Positions 19,452-28,775 of a DNA stretch of 64,000 bases are shown one piece after another. The notes under the pieces were generated by a model, which did not search any database, was not told the DNA's origin, and saw only the letters and a list, made by a program, of their open reading frames with translations. Every line of letters begins with the position of its first letter. Position 1 is the first letter of the stretch. The position numbers and the translations under genes were made by a program. Origin of the DNA: Eggerthellaceae bacterium. GTDB taxonomy: Bacteria; Actinomycetota; Coriobacteriia; Coriobacteriales; Eggerthellaceae. Location: contig JAXKCR010000001.1 of the NCBI GenBank assembly GCA_036552405.1, forward strand, positions 64,642 to 128,641. Direction: 5' to 3'.

Positions 19452-19556
19452 GGGGATTCCTCCAATTATCAGCTTCGCGCTTGAAAGTATAATTAGCCAG
19501 GTAGGCCAATTAAATAGCCGCTCTTCCGATTGCGGCCAATAAAGAAGGAGGCCCCG

Positions 19557-20129
19557 ATGCCTCGACCACGAAACGATTCCCAAAAGCCAAAGGCGCGCAG
19601 CGCCCTTATCGAATCCTTCTGGGAGCTGTTAGCAGAAGAGCCCTTCCAAAGCATCAGCGTACGCGAGCTGTGTCGACGCGCTAAGGTGAACAAAAATACG
19701 TTCTACTATCATTTCGAAAACATAGAAGGGCTGGCGCAAGTTGCCGTCGATTCCGCGCTGTTCCGCGAACTTGGCGCATTGCTATTGTCTGCAGAAACAG
19801 TTAACAAGGGCAGCATTGCGAAGCTGATGGCCACGCCGGAAATGCGCCTTAAAGCCTATCGCGCGGGTGTGCTCCTGTCGCCTAATGGCGTTGCACTCAG
19901 GGACATGACCATACAGCGCATCATGAACGTGTGGTGCGATCTGCTTGACGAAGCGCCTATCGAGGACGACCGCTTGCTCCATATGCGCTTTCTCGCAGGA
20001 GGACTTCTTAGCGTTCTTTCCGGCCACAAAGCCCAAGAGTTCCCCCTCATCCTTTCGCGCTTAGGCGAATTCGAGGGAATGGCCATGCTTGTGAATTCCT
20101 TTCGAGACGAACCGAAGCCGCAAGCCTAA
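19557..20129 (+). CDS. TetR/AcrR-family transcriptional regulator
   Basis: HTH SISVRELCRRAKVNKNTFYYHF. GAAGGAGG RBS. Divergent from the HXXEE gene. A TAATTAGCC-N5-GGCCAATTA imperfect inverted repeat lies in the shared promoter region (19486-19510). Confidence 0.75.
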   Translation: MPRPRNDSQKPKARSALIESFWELLAEEPFQSISVRELCRRAKVNKNTFYYHFENIEGLAQVAVDSALFRELGALLLSAETVNKGSIAKLMATPEMRLKAYRAGVLLSPNGVALRDMTIQRIMNVWCDLLDEAPIEDDRLLHMRFLAGGLLSVLSGHKAQEFPLILSRLGEFEGMAMLVNSFRDEPKPQA

Positions 20130-20247
20130 ACGCACCTGCAGCATTCGAGCACTGTTCCCTAGATACTGCGAAAAATCGCAAAGTTTTGCGAACTGCTTGA
20201 CTCGCATAATTTTGCGAGTCTTTATAACCAATAAATCGCAAAAAAAT

Positions 20248-20277
20248 GAGCGTCGGTCGCTAGGAAGACCGACGCTC
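20248..20277 (-). terminator. rho-independent terminator (11-bp perfect stem) for the convergent membrane-protein gene; probably bidirectional
   Basis: GAGCGTCGGTC-GCTAGGAA-GACCGACGCTC with an A6 tract on the + side (U-tract in minus sense). Confidence 0.6.
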
Positions 20278-20303
20278 ATGGGTGCATTGCATAGAATCGC
20301 GTG

Positions 20304-21113
20304 TTATTTCAAAAGCGGCTTCTTGCCGGTAGCTTCGATAACCGCAGGCTTTTCGGGCAGTTTTTCATAGAGCACGAACCCGCGTATAGCGAATGCAAGG
20401 CAAACAATACCCACAATGTAGTACCAGGGATTTTCCGCCAGACCGAAGAATTCCGGAGCGATTGCCGCCCACATGTTGCACCAAGGATTGAACGACACAA
20501 TAGCAACGCAAATGAAGCAAACATTAAGCCAGCGAGCATTGCCCAGGCGATAACCGCGTCGCTCCATTTCGAGACCTGGCACTATGGTGACCAGCACCTG
20601 CGTGAAGATCCAGAACTTCCACATGGTGGGGTCGTGCAGTTCCACGCGAAGAAGGTTGAGCGCGACGAAGAACGCAAGTGTCATGAGCACAATGTTCACC
20701 ACGCACTTCTTCGTAGACCATTCAGCAGGCCAACACAACTCACGTTCGTACTTTATAGCGCGCTGCAAACAGAAGGTTTCCATGACCACCCATATGGCTT
20801 CGCCAAGGGCAAGGAGGCCGAAAAGATAGAAGAAATCGTTCGTGGCCCACGCATAAAGAAAGACCCAGATGCCCATGAAATCCGCCGCCCAATAGAAGCA
20901 GTGCAGCCACAGAGGGTAGGGCTGAGCATGCTCGGTCTTAAGCAGAAGGAGCGGCAAAATATAGACAAGCAGGCCAAAGATAACCGCAAGCAGAACCGCA
21001 AACAGCGCTCCCCCGAAATCAGGCGCGCCTGGTGTTAAGTGCGCAATGAAGTTCTCTGGCAGGCAATCCCCACTGGGGTAGCCCGCCACCAGCGAAAAGA
21101 TGATCCAGCCCAT
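20304..21113 (-). CDS. polytopic membrane protein, uncharacterised (Trp/Phe-rich, ~8 TM)
   Basis: Start at ATG 21113 with GGGAGG RBS. Hydrophobic throughout. Divergent from the TetR gene at 21260. Confidence 0.6.
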   Translation of the reverse strand: MGWIIFSLVAGYPSGDCLPENFIAHLTPGAPDFGGALFAVLLAVIFGLLVYILPLLLLKTEHAQPYPLWLHCFYWAADFMGIWVFLYAWATNDFFYLFGLLALGEAIWVVMETFCLQRAIKYERELCWPAEWSTKKCVVNIVLMTLAFFVALNLLRVELHDPTMWKFWIFTQVLVTIVPGLEMERRGYRLGNARWLNVCFICVAIVSFNPWCNMWAAIAPEFFGLAENPWYYIVGIVCLAFAIRGFVLYEKLPEKPAVIEATGKKPLLK

Positions 21114-21259
21114 GATGTGCGCCTCCCTCATTTTTACCCCGAATCGCTTTTTCGTTCAGGTATCCATTCGTTTACTTGTCATGTACAGTAAAACAGTTGA
21201 CTATACATGTCGAGATAACAAAGCTACAATGAGACGAAGCAGGAATAAGGGGGCAGCAT

Positions 21260-21826
21260 ATGGGCAGGCCAGTCAATGAAGAAATGAAAGCGCACATTGA
21301 AGAAGCGGCCTACGGGCTTTTCGAAAGCGTCGGCTACGACAAGGCAACCTATGCCGCCATCGCCGACGAAGCCGGCATCAGCCGCAACCTGGCCCAATAC
21401 CACTTCCCTAAAAAAGAGCTTCTTGCTATTTCGTACATGGAAAAGGTGCTTCTGCGGGTGCAGGAAAACCTTGAGATTCCTGATGTCCGCATCATCGATG
21501 AACCAATGCTGCTCGCTGTCGTTGGCGAAGGGTTCTTCAATTCCCTCCTTGAAACAGAAGGAAAGCGTACGTTCCTCCAAGACATCATTCGCTCACGCGA
21601 CCTGACCGAAGACGTACTTGCCTTCAACACGCAATGGGCGCTGTCCCATGTGGAGAGCAACAAGGCGCAAGGGTCATCCAGCAAACAGGCCGAACGATCG
21701 ATCATCGTGCATATGGGCGGTTTCTACGAGCTGCTTTACCATTCACTTAAAGCGAACGAGCCCATTGATGATCTTCGTGCTGAAATAGAAACTGTGGTAC
21801 GCGCGTTCTTGAGTTCCGTCGAATAG
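21260..21826 (+). CDS. TetR/AcrR-family transcriptional regulator
   Basis: HTH ATYAAIADEAGISRNLAQYHF. 188 aa. Confidence 0.75.
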   Translation: MGRPVNEEMKAHIEEAAYGLFESVGYDKATYAAIADEAGISRNLAQYHFPKKELLAISYMEKVLLRVQENLEIPDVRIIDEPMLLAVVGEGFFNSLLETEGKRTFLQDIIRSRDLTEDVLAFNTQWALSHVESNKAQGSSSKQAERSIIVHMGGFYELLYHSLKANEPIDDLRAEIETVVRAFLSSVE

Positions 21827-21950
21827 GCTCAGTCCTGTCCCCCACCTGAAAGCATCGACGCAAAACTCTGTTCGGCAACAACGAAACAGAACGTATTTCC
21901 TTCGTCTCGAAAATCTTTCCCAATACTGCATCGACTGAATCAATCAGATA

Positions 21951-21976
21951 CTATGGTCGAAAAGATTCGACCATAG
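21951..21976. promoter_or_regulatory. perfect 11-5-11 inverted repeat, candidate ArsR/SmtB operator overlapping the nitroreductase promoter
   Basis: CTATGGTCGAA-AAGAT-TTCGACCATAG lies 12 bp upstream of ATG 21989. The downstream operon encodes an ArsR regulator. Confidence 0.5.
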
Positions 21977-21988
21977 AAATGAGCAACC

Positions 21989-22669
21989 ATGAACCTGATA
22001 GAAGCAATCGAAGCACGCCATTCGGTGCGCCAATATCAAGACAAGCCCATTCCCGCCAGCGTGCGCGAAGCACTGCAGGCCGAAATCGATCTGGCCAACA
22101 AAGAGGGGAACCTGCAGCTAAAAATAGCCTTTGACGAGCCCAAGGCTTTTTCCAGCATGATGGCTCGCTACGGCAAGTTCAGCGGCGTGACCAATTACAT
22201 CGTATGCGGTGGAAAACCAAGCTATGACCGGCAAGAACGCGTTGGGTTCTTCGCCGAACGCGTAGTGCTGAAAGCCCAACAGCTCGGACTTAACACCTGC
22301 TGGGTTGCGCTCACGTACGGTAAAGGTGCCTGCAAAAGCCTGGTCGAACCTGGCTCGAAGCTGGTATGCACGATAGCAATAGGCTATGGCGAAACACAGG
22401 GAGTTCCCCGTAAAAGCAAAGCCGTCCAAGACCTATGCCACGTAAACGGCACCATGCCCGAATGGTTCGAGCAGGGCATGAAAGCAGCGCAACTCGCCCC
22501 CACTGCCATGAACCAGCAGAAGTTCCGCTTCGAATTGCACTCGGATGGGCATACCGTTTCCACTAAAAGCCTGGGTGGGTTCTACTCGAACATAGACCTT
22601 GGCATCGCTCGCTGCCATTTCAAGATAGGCGCGGATTCGGTATCCGAGGACTGGCGCTGGGAAGAGTAA
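21989..22669 (+). CDS. nitroreductase-family protein
   Basis: N-terminal RHSVRQY nitroreductase signature. 226 aa. Stop overlaps the next start (TAATG). Confidence 0.75.
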   Translation: MNLIEAIEARHSVRQYQDKPIPASVREALQAEIDLANKEGNLQLKIAFDEPKAFSSMMARYGKFSGVTNYIVCGGKPSYDRQERVGFFAERVVLKAQQLGLNTCWVALTYGKGACKSLVEPGSKLVCTIAIGYGETQGVPRKSKAVQDLCHVNGTMPEWFEQGMKAAQLAPTAMNQQKFRFELHSDGHTVSTKSLGGFYSNIDLGIARCHFKIGADSVSEDWRWEE

Positions 22670-23112
22670 TGCAGCACCCCACGAAACATAAATGCGCTCC
22701 TGTCGCTAGCGAAACCGACCGCAATGCCAATCACGCCGATCTTGCCGCACGCAAAATGAGTGAACTCGGCCAAGAATTCGCCATGTGCCGCGATGCGTTC
22801 ATCGCCCTTGGCGATGAGAGCCGGCAGCTCATATTCATGCAGCTCTTGCAGAACTACGGCGGCATGCGCGTGGGCGAGCTAACGGATACCGTAGAGCTAT
22901 CGCGCCCAACAGTATCGCATCATTTGAAGATACTGAAAGACGCCGGCCTGGTCAGCATGTATTCGGTTGGCACCAAGAACTTCTATCACGCTAGTTCCAA
23001 CCTGGCCAAATGGCGCCAGATCGCGCACTTAGCCAAGCAGGCAGAGTGCTTTGTAGAGGAATATGTCAGATGCTGTGACCAAGGCATGACCCCGCCCTAC
23101 CGAACAGAATAG
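22669..23112 (+). CDS. ArsR/SmtB-family transcriptional regulator
   Basis: HTH LSRPTVSHHLKILKDAGLV with a metal-site-like Cys pair in the C-terminus. An alternative start is at Met30 (22756). Confidence 0.7.
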   Translation: MQHPTKHKCAPVASETDRNANHADLAARKMSELGQEFAMCRDAFIALGDESRQLIFMQLLQNYGGMRVGELTDTVELSRPTVSHHLKILKDAGLVSMYSVGTKNFYHASSNLAKWRQIAHLAKQAECFVEEYVRCCDQGMTPPYRTE

Positions 23113-23119
23113 AGTTGCC

Positions 23120-23561
23120 ATGAAAACCAAGATTCGCATTCTGCACGCCGGACGCGTTCGCGTTTCGCCATATCTGCCCTTTGGGGGCGAAGGAGCTAAT
23201 CTTGTAAAGGCCTCTGGACTTTTCACGCCGGAAAGCGACCGCCTTTGGCTTCCCGTTTCCTCGTATTTGATCGAGCATCCTAAGGGGCTCGTGCTTCTTG
23301 ATTGCGGATGGAGCCGAGAAATGAGCCCTGATGGCGTTTACGACATCCCCGCGCAAAAACGTCATCTATCTCCCCTGCTCTATCACGTGAACCAAGGTGA
23401 AGTTGGACCAGGCCAGACAGCACGCGAGCAACTCGCGGCAATGGGCATAGCGCCAAGCGATATCGCTTGCATGGATCAAAGAAACCGACGCTGATCCGAA
23501 TTGCATTGAGACTATCGCCAACCACGATGAGGAAATTAAACCCTGCGTCATGTATCTCTAG
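23120..23561 (+). pseudogene. internally deleted paralog of the 8282 MBL hydrolase (N-terminal 120 aa fused out of frame to the last ~25 codons)
   Basis: N-terminus MKTKIRILHAGRVRVSPYLPFGGEGANLVKASGLFT... is ~60% identical to the 8282 protein. The C-terminal tail ...DPNCIETIANHDEEIKPCVMYL* is recovered in the -1 frame. The His-cluster core is missing. Confidence 0.6.
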
Positions 23562-23628
23562 CACATAAGCATTGGCCACCATGCGGGATCACAAAGAGCC
23601 GATTCAATCTGGTTAGCCCCTTTAACGG

Positions 23629-23845
23629 TTAAGCGCTTCCGTTTCGGTGGCTATCGCCCCAGTCATAAAGGCCGTTAAGGGCTGGGATCAGCTCTTTTCC
23701 CGTAGCCGTCAACTCATAGGCCACAGACAGAAGATCGGACCCCGCAGAATTGCGAATCACAATGCCGTCTTGCTCCAATTCGTGCAAACACCTGGTAAGA
23801 GCGGTATTGATGATGCCATTCAGGTGCCTTTTCAGTTCGTTTTAA
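23629..23845 (-). pseudogene. 5'-truncated HxlR-family (MarR-like wHTH) regulator remnant
   Basis: Minus-strand translation NELKRHLNGIINTALTRCLHELEQDGIVIRNSAGSDLLSVAYELTATGKELIPALNGLYDWG matches only the C-terminal two-thirds of HxlR proteins. The N-terminal ~30 aa and start codon are absent. Confidence 0.5.
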
Positions 23846-23847
23846 GT

Positions 23848-23895
23848 AAGTTCGTCCTTATAATTGTGGTGAAACGCAATTATAAGGACGAACTT
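23848..23895. repeat. perfect 19-bp inverted repeat (AAGTTCGTCCTTATAATTG-N10-CAATTATAAGGACGAACTT) at the junction between the HxlR remnant and the zeta-toxin 3' end
   Basis: Seen in sequence. It could act as a terminator for the toxin-antitoxin operon and/or mark an insertion boundary. Confidence 0.6.
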
Positions 23896-23917
23896 GTACT
23901 CCAAGGCAAACCGAACA

Positions 23918-24691
23918 CTACGCAGTGCCTTGCGCCTTTAGTTCCTCGAGCTGCTTCTGCAGGTTCTCGTAGTGACGCATTTCTTCCGGCGTCCATTCGC
24001 CAAACAGCACATCCCTAAGCGCTTCGCCAGCCGTACGAGCATCATCTTTTACAGGATACAGACATTGCTTGGCGCGAGAAAACAAGCGTACGGCATCGAA
24101 TACGCCCGTAGATTCAAGATGCTCCAAGTTACCCACGATTTCCTGAATGATCTTCTGATGATGGGCGGGATCGGTGGCGCGCGGGATGGTTCCAGCAATG
24201 CGCATGCTCTCGTATCTGATTAAGCAGCTGACCAGCGATATTTCCGGCTTTACCGCCATAAGCGCAAGCGAAACGTTGTACCCGCGCTCCTTTAGCAAGG
24301 TCGCCGTCTTCATGGGGACATCGTAGGTACGTAAGGTGCCTTCGATGATAAGGTTGTACCCCCTACGCGAAAGTTCATCTATAAGCGTTTCTGTCATCTT
24401 TCCAGCCCATGGGGCCGTGTAGGCAACAGCTTCTGGACCATACTGCTGATCGAGCTCTCTGTAGCGCGGATGGAACGACCGATACTCATCCCCATTGATA
24501 ACGATGACGTTGCCGCCAAACTTCTTGCGAAAAATCGAATGGAGCGTTGTTTTTCCCGCGCCACTCTGCCCACCCAACAAAACAGCGCAAGGAGCGGTAG
24601 ATGAGGTTATACCACCAGAGCCCAGTCGATCAGCAATGATCTGTGCCAGAACGGCATTGAACTCTTCAGAAGAATAGTCCTCCAGGGTCAT
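23918..24691 (-). CDS. zeta-toxin-family kinase (PezT-like, UNAG kinase toxin)
   Basis: Walker A GGQSGAGKTT in a zeta_toxin/AAA_33 fold. 257 aa. Start overlaps the antitoxin stop. Confidence 0.75.
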   Translation of the reverse strand: MTLEDYSSEEFNAVLAQIIADRLGSGGITSSTAPCAVLLGGQSGAGKTTLHSIFRKKFGGNVIVINGDEYRSFHPRYRELDQQYGPEAVAYTAPWAGKMTETLIDELSRRGYNLIIEGTLRTYDVPMKTATLLKERGYNVSLALMAVKPEISLVSCLIRYESMRIAGTIPRATDPAHHQKIIQEIVGNLEHLESTGVFDAVRLFSRAKQCLYPVKDDARTAGEALRDVLFGEWTPEEMRHYENLQKQLEELKAQGTA

Positions 24692-24694
24692 GGG

Positions 24695-25258
24695 TCATGC
24701 CACCTTCTTCGCACTGCGGTCCAGCAGATTGCAGAGCGAATCGATTCGACCCCTCACTTCAGCGATGCCAGCCTGATCTTCCGCATCAAGTAAAGCATCC
24801 TTCGCAAGCACGAGCTGCGAAGCGGCGTCGTCATAAATAACCGCAAGGGCCGCATCGCCGCGCGCTTCGGCCTCGCGACGCAAACGGGAAAGCTCCCCTA
24901 GCATGTTCGCGGCCTTTTCGTTCAGTACTTCCTGCTGCAAGGTGATTGCATATACTTCGTCCATGTTCATAACATCCCCCCGTTCATCGAGCTTTAGTTC
25001 CGCATAGATGATCTGTTCCACATGATTGCGTGATTCTTCATTGATGAGCTCACCATCACGTTCAAGACAATCAAGCATGAAGGCCGGATTGGCAGCCGCC
25101 CTGATCAAATTCGAGTTCGCCCTAGTTGGCTCGATGCCGCTTTCGTAGCGAACAATGCTGGCTTCGCCAATGCCCAAAACACGAGCGAACGCACGTTGCG
25201 ACATGCCATAACGCTGACGCGTTTCTTTGATTTCCGCTGCAGTTAGCACCTTGCCCAT
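24695..25258 (-). CDS. XRE-family HTH antitoxin (PezA/epsilon-like) of the zeta toxin
   Basis: HTH GMSQRAFARVLGIGEASIVRYESG plus an acidic helical C-terminal domain. Located immediately upstream of the toxin. Confidence 0.7.
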   Translation of the reverse strand: MGKVLTAAEIKETRQRYGMSQRAFARVLGIGEASIVRYESGIEPTRANSNLIRAAANPAFMLDCLERDGELINEESRNHVEQIIYAELKLDERGDVMNMDEVYAITLQQEVLNEKAANMLGELSRLRREAEARGDAALAVIYDDAASQLVLAKDALLDAEDQAGIAEVRGRIDSLCNLLDRSAKKVA

Positions 25259-25369
25259 GATGAACCTTCTATCTTTTGATTGCGTATACTCTATTTTGAT
25301 TGATTACACAGTAATACAATCATATGGTAGTGTCTACTATAAATTGATAGCGTGCATGGGAATAAAAAT

Positions 25370-25393
25370 GCGGCGCGAGAAAACCCGCGCCGC
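25370..25393 (-). terminator. rho-independent terminator downstream of telA
   Basis: GCGGCGCG-N8-CGCGCCGC followed, in minus sense, by ATTTTTATT. Confidence 0.55.
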
Positions 25394-25560
25394 CCTTGAT
25401 CAGTCTATGGTTTCAGCAAGTTTCAGCTTGGCGTTTCAGCGACTCGCAACCCGAAGCTGGCCACCTCGGTCACTCGCGACCGCAGCCTGCCGCTCCAATC
25501 GCCCCGCCCAGCCGCGGCCCACAGCGCACTCGACGCCCAGCGAGAACGAACCCGCCCAGC

Positions 25561-26739
25561 CTACTGAACGCCCTGCTGGGAAACTTCCAGCAGCTTCTGC
25601 CTGAGTTCGCCTTCAAGACGACGGATCTCCACTTCCGCCTCGGCACGCTTCTGGCGGCCTTCCTGCTGGATCTGCATCACTTCATCGAATGTCTTAATAA
25701 GCTGTTCGTTAGTATGCTGAAGCGTTTCGATGTCCACCACGCCACGCTCGGATTCGCGCGCGATCTGCGTGGTAGAGGTCTGCAGCATATCGGCGTTCTT
25801 ACGCAAAAGCTCGTTCGCCATATCGGTCACGGCGGTCTGAGCCTTCACCGCCGCTTCGGAATTCGCAATACCCAAGGCCAAAACCATCTGGCTCTTCCAC
25901 AGCGGAATAGTGTTCACCAGCGTGGTTTGAATCTTTTCGATCATAGTGACCTCGCCCGCCTGAACAAGGCGGATCTGAGGCGCTGTCTGCAAAGCGATAG
26001 TGCGCGTCAAATCAAGGTCAGAGACCTTCTTTTCAAAGCGCAGGCACATGTTCTCCAGATCCTGTGCCGCCTGAGCGTCTTCCGCACGACCCGTTTCCTT
26101 TGCCTTAGCAATGAGCTCCTGCAGTTCGTCCTGGCGCACCTCTTCCAGACGCTTCTTACCCGCCAGAATATACATAGTCAGCTCTTTGAAATACGTCAGG
26201 TTGAGCTCGTACATCTTGTCCAACGTTGCAGAATCCTTCATCAGCTGGATCTGATGATCCTGCAGCGACTTCACGATCTTGCCGATGTTCGCCTCGGCCT
26301 TATCGTAGCGAATACGCAGCGTCTCTATCTTGTTGCCCGCCTTCTTGAAGAAGCCGAACAGACCCTTTTCCTCTTCAGCATCAAAGCCCTTGAGTTCCTT
26401 CACCACATCAACGATAAGGTCGCCCGCAACACCCAGATCCTGCGTGCGCACCTTTTCCAGAGCGGTTTCGGAAAAATCGGCCATCTTCTTCTGCGCGCCG
26501 GCGCCGTACTGCAAAATGGTCGCGGAATCACGCACATCAATGCGGTTGGCGAATTCGTCCACCATGCGCAGCTCTTCTTCGCTCAGCGTCGAAGCATCCA
26601 GTTCCTGAGCTTCAGGGGCCGCCTGCTGAACCATCACAGGAGCAGGAGCCTCGGGCACGATGGCCGCTTCCGTAAGATCAGGCGTGAGCGTAAGCGCAGG
26701 GGCAGGGGTTTCGGTAAGCTTCTTTTCGATATCGGTCAT
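25561..26739 (-). CDS. telA: TelA-family toxic-anion-resistance protein
   Basis: Overall pattern characteristic of PF05816 (KlaB/TelA), with an Ala/Pro-rich N-terminus. 392 aa. Confidence 0.75.
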   Translation of the reverse strand: MTDIEKKLTETPAPALTLTPDLTEAAIVPEAPAPVMVQQAAPEAQELDASTLSEEELRMVDEFANRIDVRDSATILQYGAGAQKKMADFSETALEKVRTQDLGVAGDLIVDVVKELKGFDAEEEKGLFGFFKKAGNKIETLRIRYDKAEANIGKIVKSLQDHQIQLMKDSATLDKMYELNLTYFKELTMYILAGKKRLEEVRQDELQELIAKAKETGRAEDAQAAQDLENMCLRFEKKVSDLDLTRTIALQTAPQIRLVQAGEVTMIEKIQTTLVNTIPLWKSQMVLALGIANSEAAVKAQTAVTDMANELLRKNADMLQTSTTQIARESERGVVDIETLQHTNEQLIKTFDEVMQIQQEGRQKRAEAEVEIRRLEGELRQKLLEVSQQGVQ

Positions 26740-26806
26740 AACTCTCTCCTTGTTTCACAATGCCCATGCGCCCTCTCGCGCGAAAGGCTCATGCAACCAG
26801 CGTGTT

Positions 26807-28027
26807 CTACTTCTTCTTGAACGGATCGGCGACCAGACCCTCCTGCGCCAACACGGCGTGCAACACCGAAACGTCAGTCGAAACATCCCAAGCAACATCA
26901 ACGAAAATAGAATCCAACAGCTTTTCGAAAGCCACGCTCAACGTATCCAACGTCCCTTCGATTTCGGCCTTTGACTTCAAAATGTTCTCGCCCTGAATAG
27001 GCTGAGCATCAAGCTCTTCGTACGCATCAAGCAATTTCACCGTAGTGGGCAGGTAATAATCCATAAGCCTGTCGAGTTCCGGAATGACCTCCGGATGTTC
27101 TTCAGCACGCTTGAGAATGCTGCGTACGACGCTTTCTATCTGATCTATCTTGGCCGAGATCTCTTCCCCGGGAATAGCATCGTTACTTTCGCGGATCTGG
27201 GCAACGAACGCCTCGCCCTTTTCCAGAATGGCACGCGTTTCATTATCCAGCGCGGCACGACCCGCCTGCTTGCGCTCCACCTGAGCCTGGGCCAATCGCT
27301 GCTGGCGCTCCCGTTCCTGGCCCTGGGCCAACAGAGCGCGATACTGTTCGTATGCGCCATCGGTCACCATCAGCTGCGTTTCCGCATCATCCATGCGACC
27401 GTGACGGAGCCATCCTTTATCGATGAACGTACGTAGATCCTTCACCACCGCGTTCTCTCGCTGGGCCGTTTGCGCAGCTAATTCCCCCACCGAACACGCT
27501 TCGCGCATGCCAAGGACCTTCCGATACCGGTCGAATCGCTTGAGGAGCTGGGCCCGCTTCGCCCCGAACACGCATACTCCGATGCCGACCAACGCAGGCA
27601 GAACGACCGCGCCCATAATGATGCCGGACACCGCGCCAAGCGCTGATGCGGATGCAATGGCAAAAGGCGCAACCATTACCGAAAGGGCCGTAAAGATTGC
27701 GCCCACCGCACCACCTAGCCCAGCGGCAATGTAGGCACCCGCTTTATTGCCGGAAACGCTCGCGTAGCGATTCGCCAGTTCCGCTTCCTGCTGCTGTCGC
27801 GCAATGCGCTGCTGTTGTTTCTGAAGCTCGAACGCACGCGTTGCATTGCGTTGATTGCTGGCATTTTGCGCAGCCTGTGCGGCCTGCCTGAGGCTTTGGC
27901 CGATAACGTCCGCAGCCGATTCAATGGAGCGCTCCACAGTATTTTTCAGGTTGCTGTAATCCTGGGAATCTATTGCATCTTGAATGGCGTCGCGAACTTG
28001 GTCACCTATGTTCTTCGAATTGCTCAC
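26807..28027 (-). CDS. XpaC-like (5-bromo-4-chloroindolyl phosphate hydrolysis family) membrane protein, TelA partner
   Basis: Two central TM helices (AAGLGGAVGAIFTALSVMVAPFAIASASALGAVSGIIMGAVVLPALVGIGVCVFG) flanked by coiled-coil regions. This is the conserved telA-xpaC arrangement. Confidence 0.65.
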   Translation of the reverse strand: MSNSKNIGDQVRDAIQDAIDSQDYSNLKNTVERSIESAADVIGQSLRQAAQAAQNASNQRNATRAFELQKQQQRIARQQQEAELANRYASVSGNKAGAYIAAGLGGAVGAIFTALSVMVAPFAIASASALGAVSGIIMGAVVLPALVGIGVCVFGAKRAQLLKRFDRYRKVLGMREACSVGELAAQTAQRENAVVKDLRTFIDKGWLRHGRMDDAETQLMVTDGAYEQYRALLAQGQERERQQRLAQAQVERKQAGRAALDNETRAILEKGEAFVAQIRESNDAIPGEEISAKIDQIESVVRSILKRAEEHPEVIPELDRLMDYYLPTTVKLLDAYEELDAQPIQGENILKSKAEIEGTLDTLSVAFEKLLDSIFVDVAWDVSTDVSVLHAVLAQEGLVADPFKKK

Positions 28028-28379
28028 AAGACCCTCTCACATGCATATACAGATAGTTCTTCTTCATTCTAACGTAAGCAGCACAGGCGCACGGGGCCGC
28101 AACGTTACCTTTTATCAACACCAACCTAAACAACAAAACCACGCGGATGACGAGAAAAACAACCAACCGGCGATGCACCGAAGAGACGTTTTGCAGCGAC
28201 CAATGGACTTCAGAAGAGTTGCCGCAAACTACAGAACGCACCTCCGACACATCACCGTGCATAGGTTCATCTCCTCGCCCTTTTCACATCAAATACTCGC
28301 AGATACTTCTTTCCGAATTCTTGATATAGTATTATGTGTATAGCGTGTATAGCGCTTCTTTATATGAAAGGGGGCAACA

Positions 28380-28775
28380 ATGTCGACGGTCCTCGAAAAA
28401 AGAACCAGCAAGCTTACGCAAATGAACACACGATTGGATCATGACCTTAAGAAGTCAGGCGATGAGGCCCTGGCCAGAGCCGGGTACACTCCGTCGCAAG
28501 CAGTCCGAATGCTCTGGGCATTTGCGGCAATGAACAGCGCCGACCCTGCATACCTTAAGAAAACGCTTAAATCGCTCGCTTCACAAGAAGAAGCCACCGC
28601 AAAAGAAGAGCGTGCTCAAAAACTGAATCTGCTTCATGAGGGGTGGAGGCTTTATGACTCCTTCCTGGAAGAAATAGGCATGACCGCCGAAGAAGCCAAA
28701 GCTGTGCCGCTTCCCTCCGACGAGCAACTGCTTGAAGACGAGCTCTGGGAAAAATACGGGGAGGGAATCTCATGA
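28380..28775 (+). CDS. RelB/DinJ-family antitoxin
   Basis: RHH-type N-terminus LDHDLKKSGDEALARAGYTPSQAVRMLWAFAAMN. Overlaps the toxin start (ATGA). Confidence 0.6.
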   Translation: MSTVLEKRTSKLTQMNTRLDHDLKKSGDEALARAGYTPSQAVRMLWAFAAMNSADPAYLKKTLKSLASQEEATAKEERAQKLNLLHEGWRLYDSFLEEIGMTAEEAKAVPLPSDEQLLEDELWEKYGEGIS

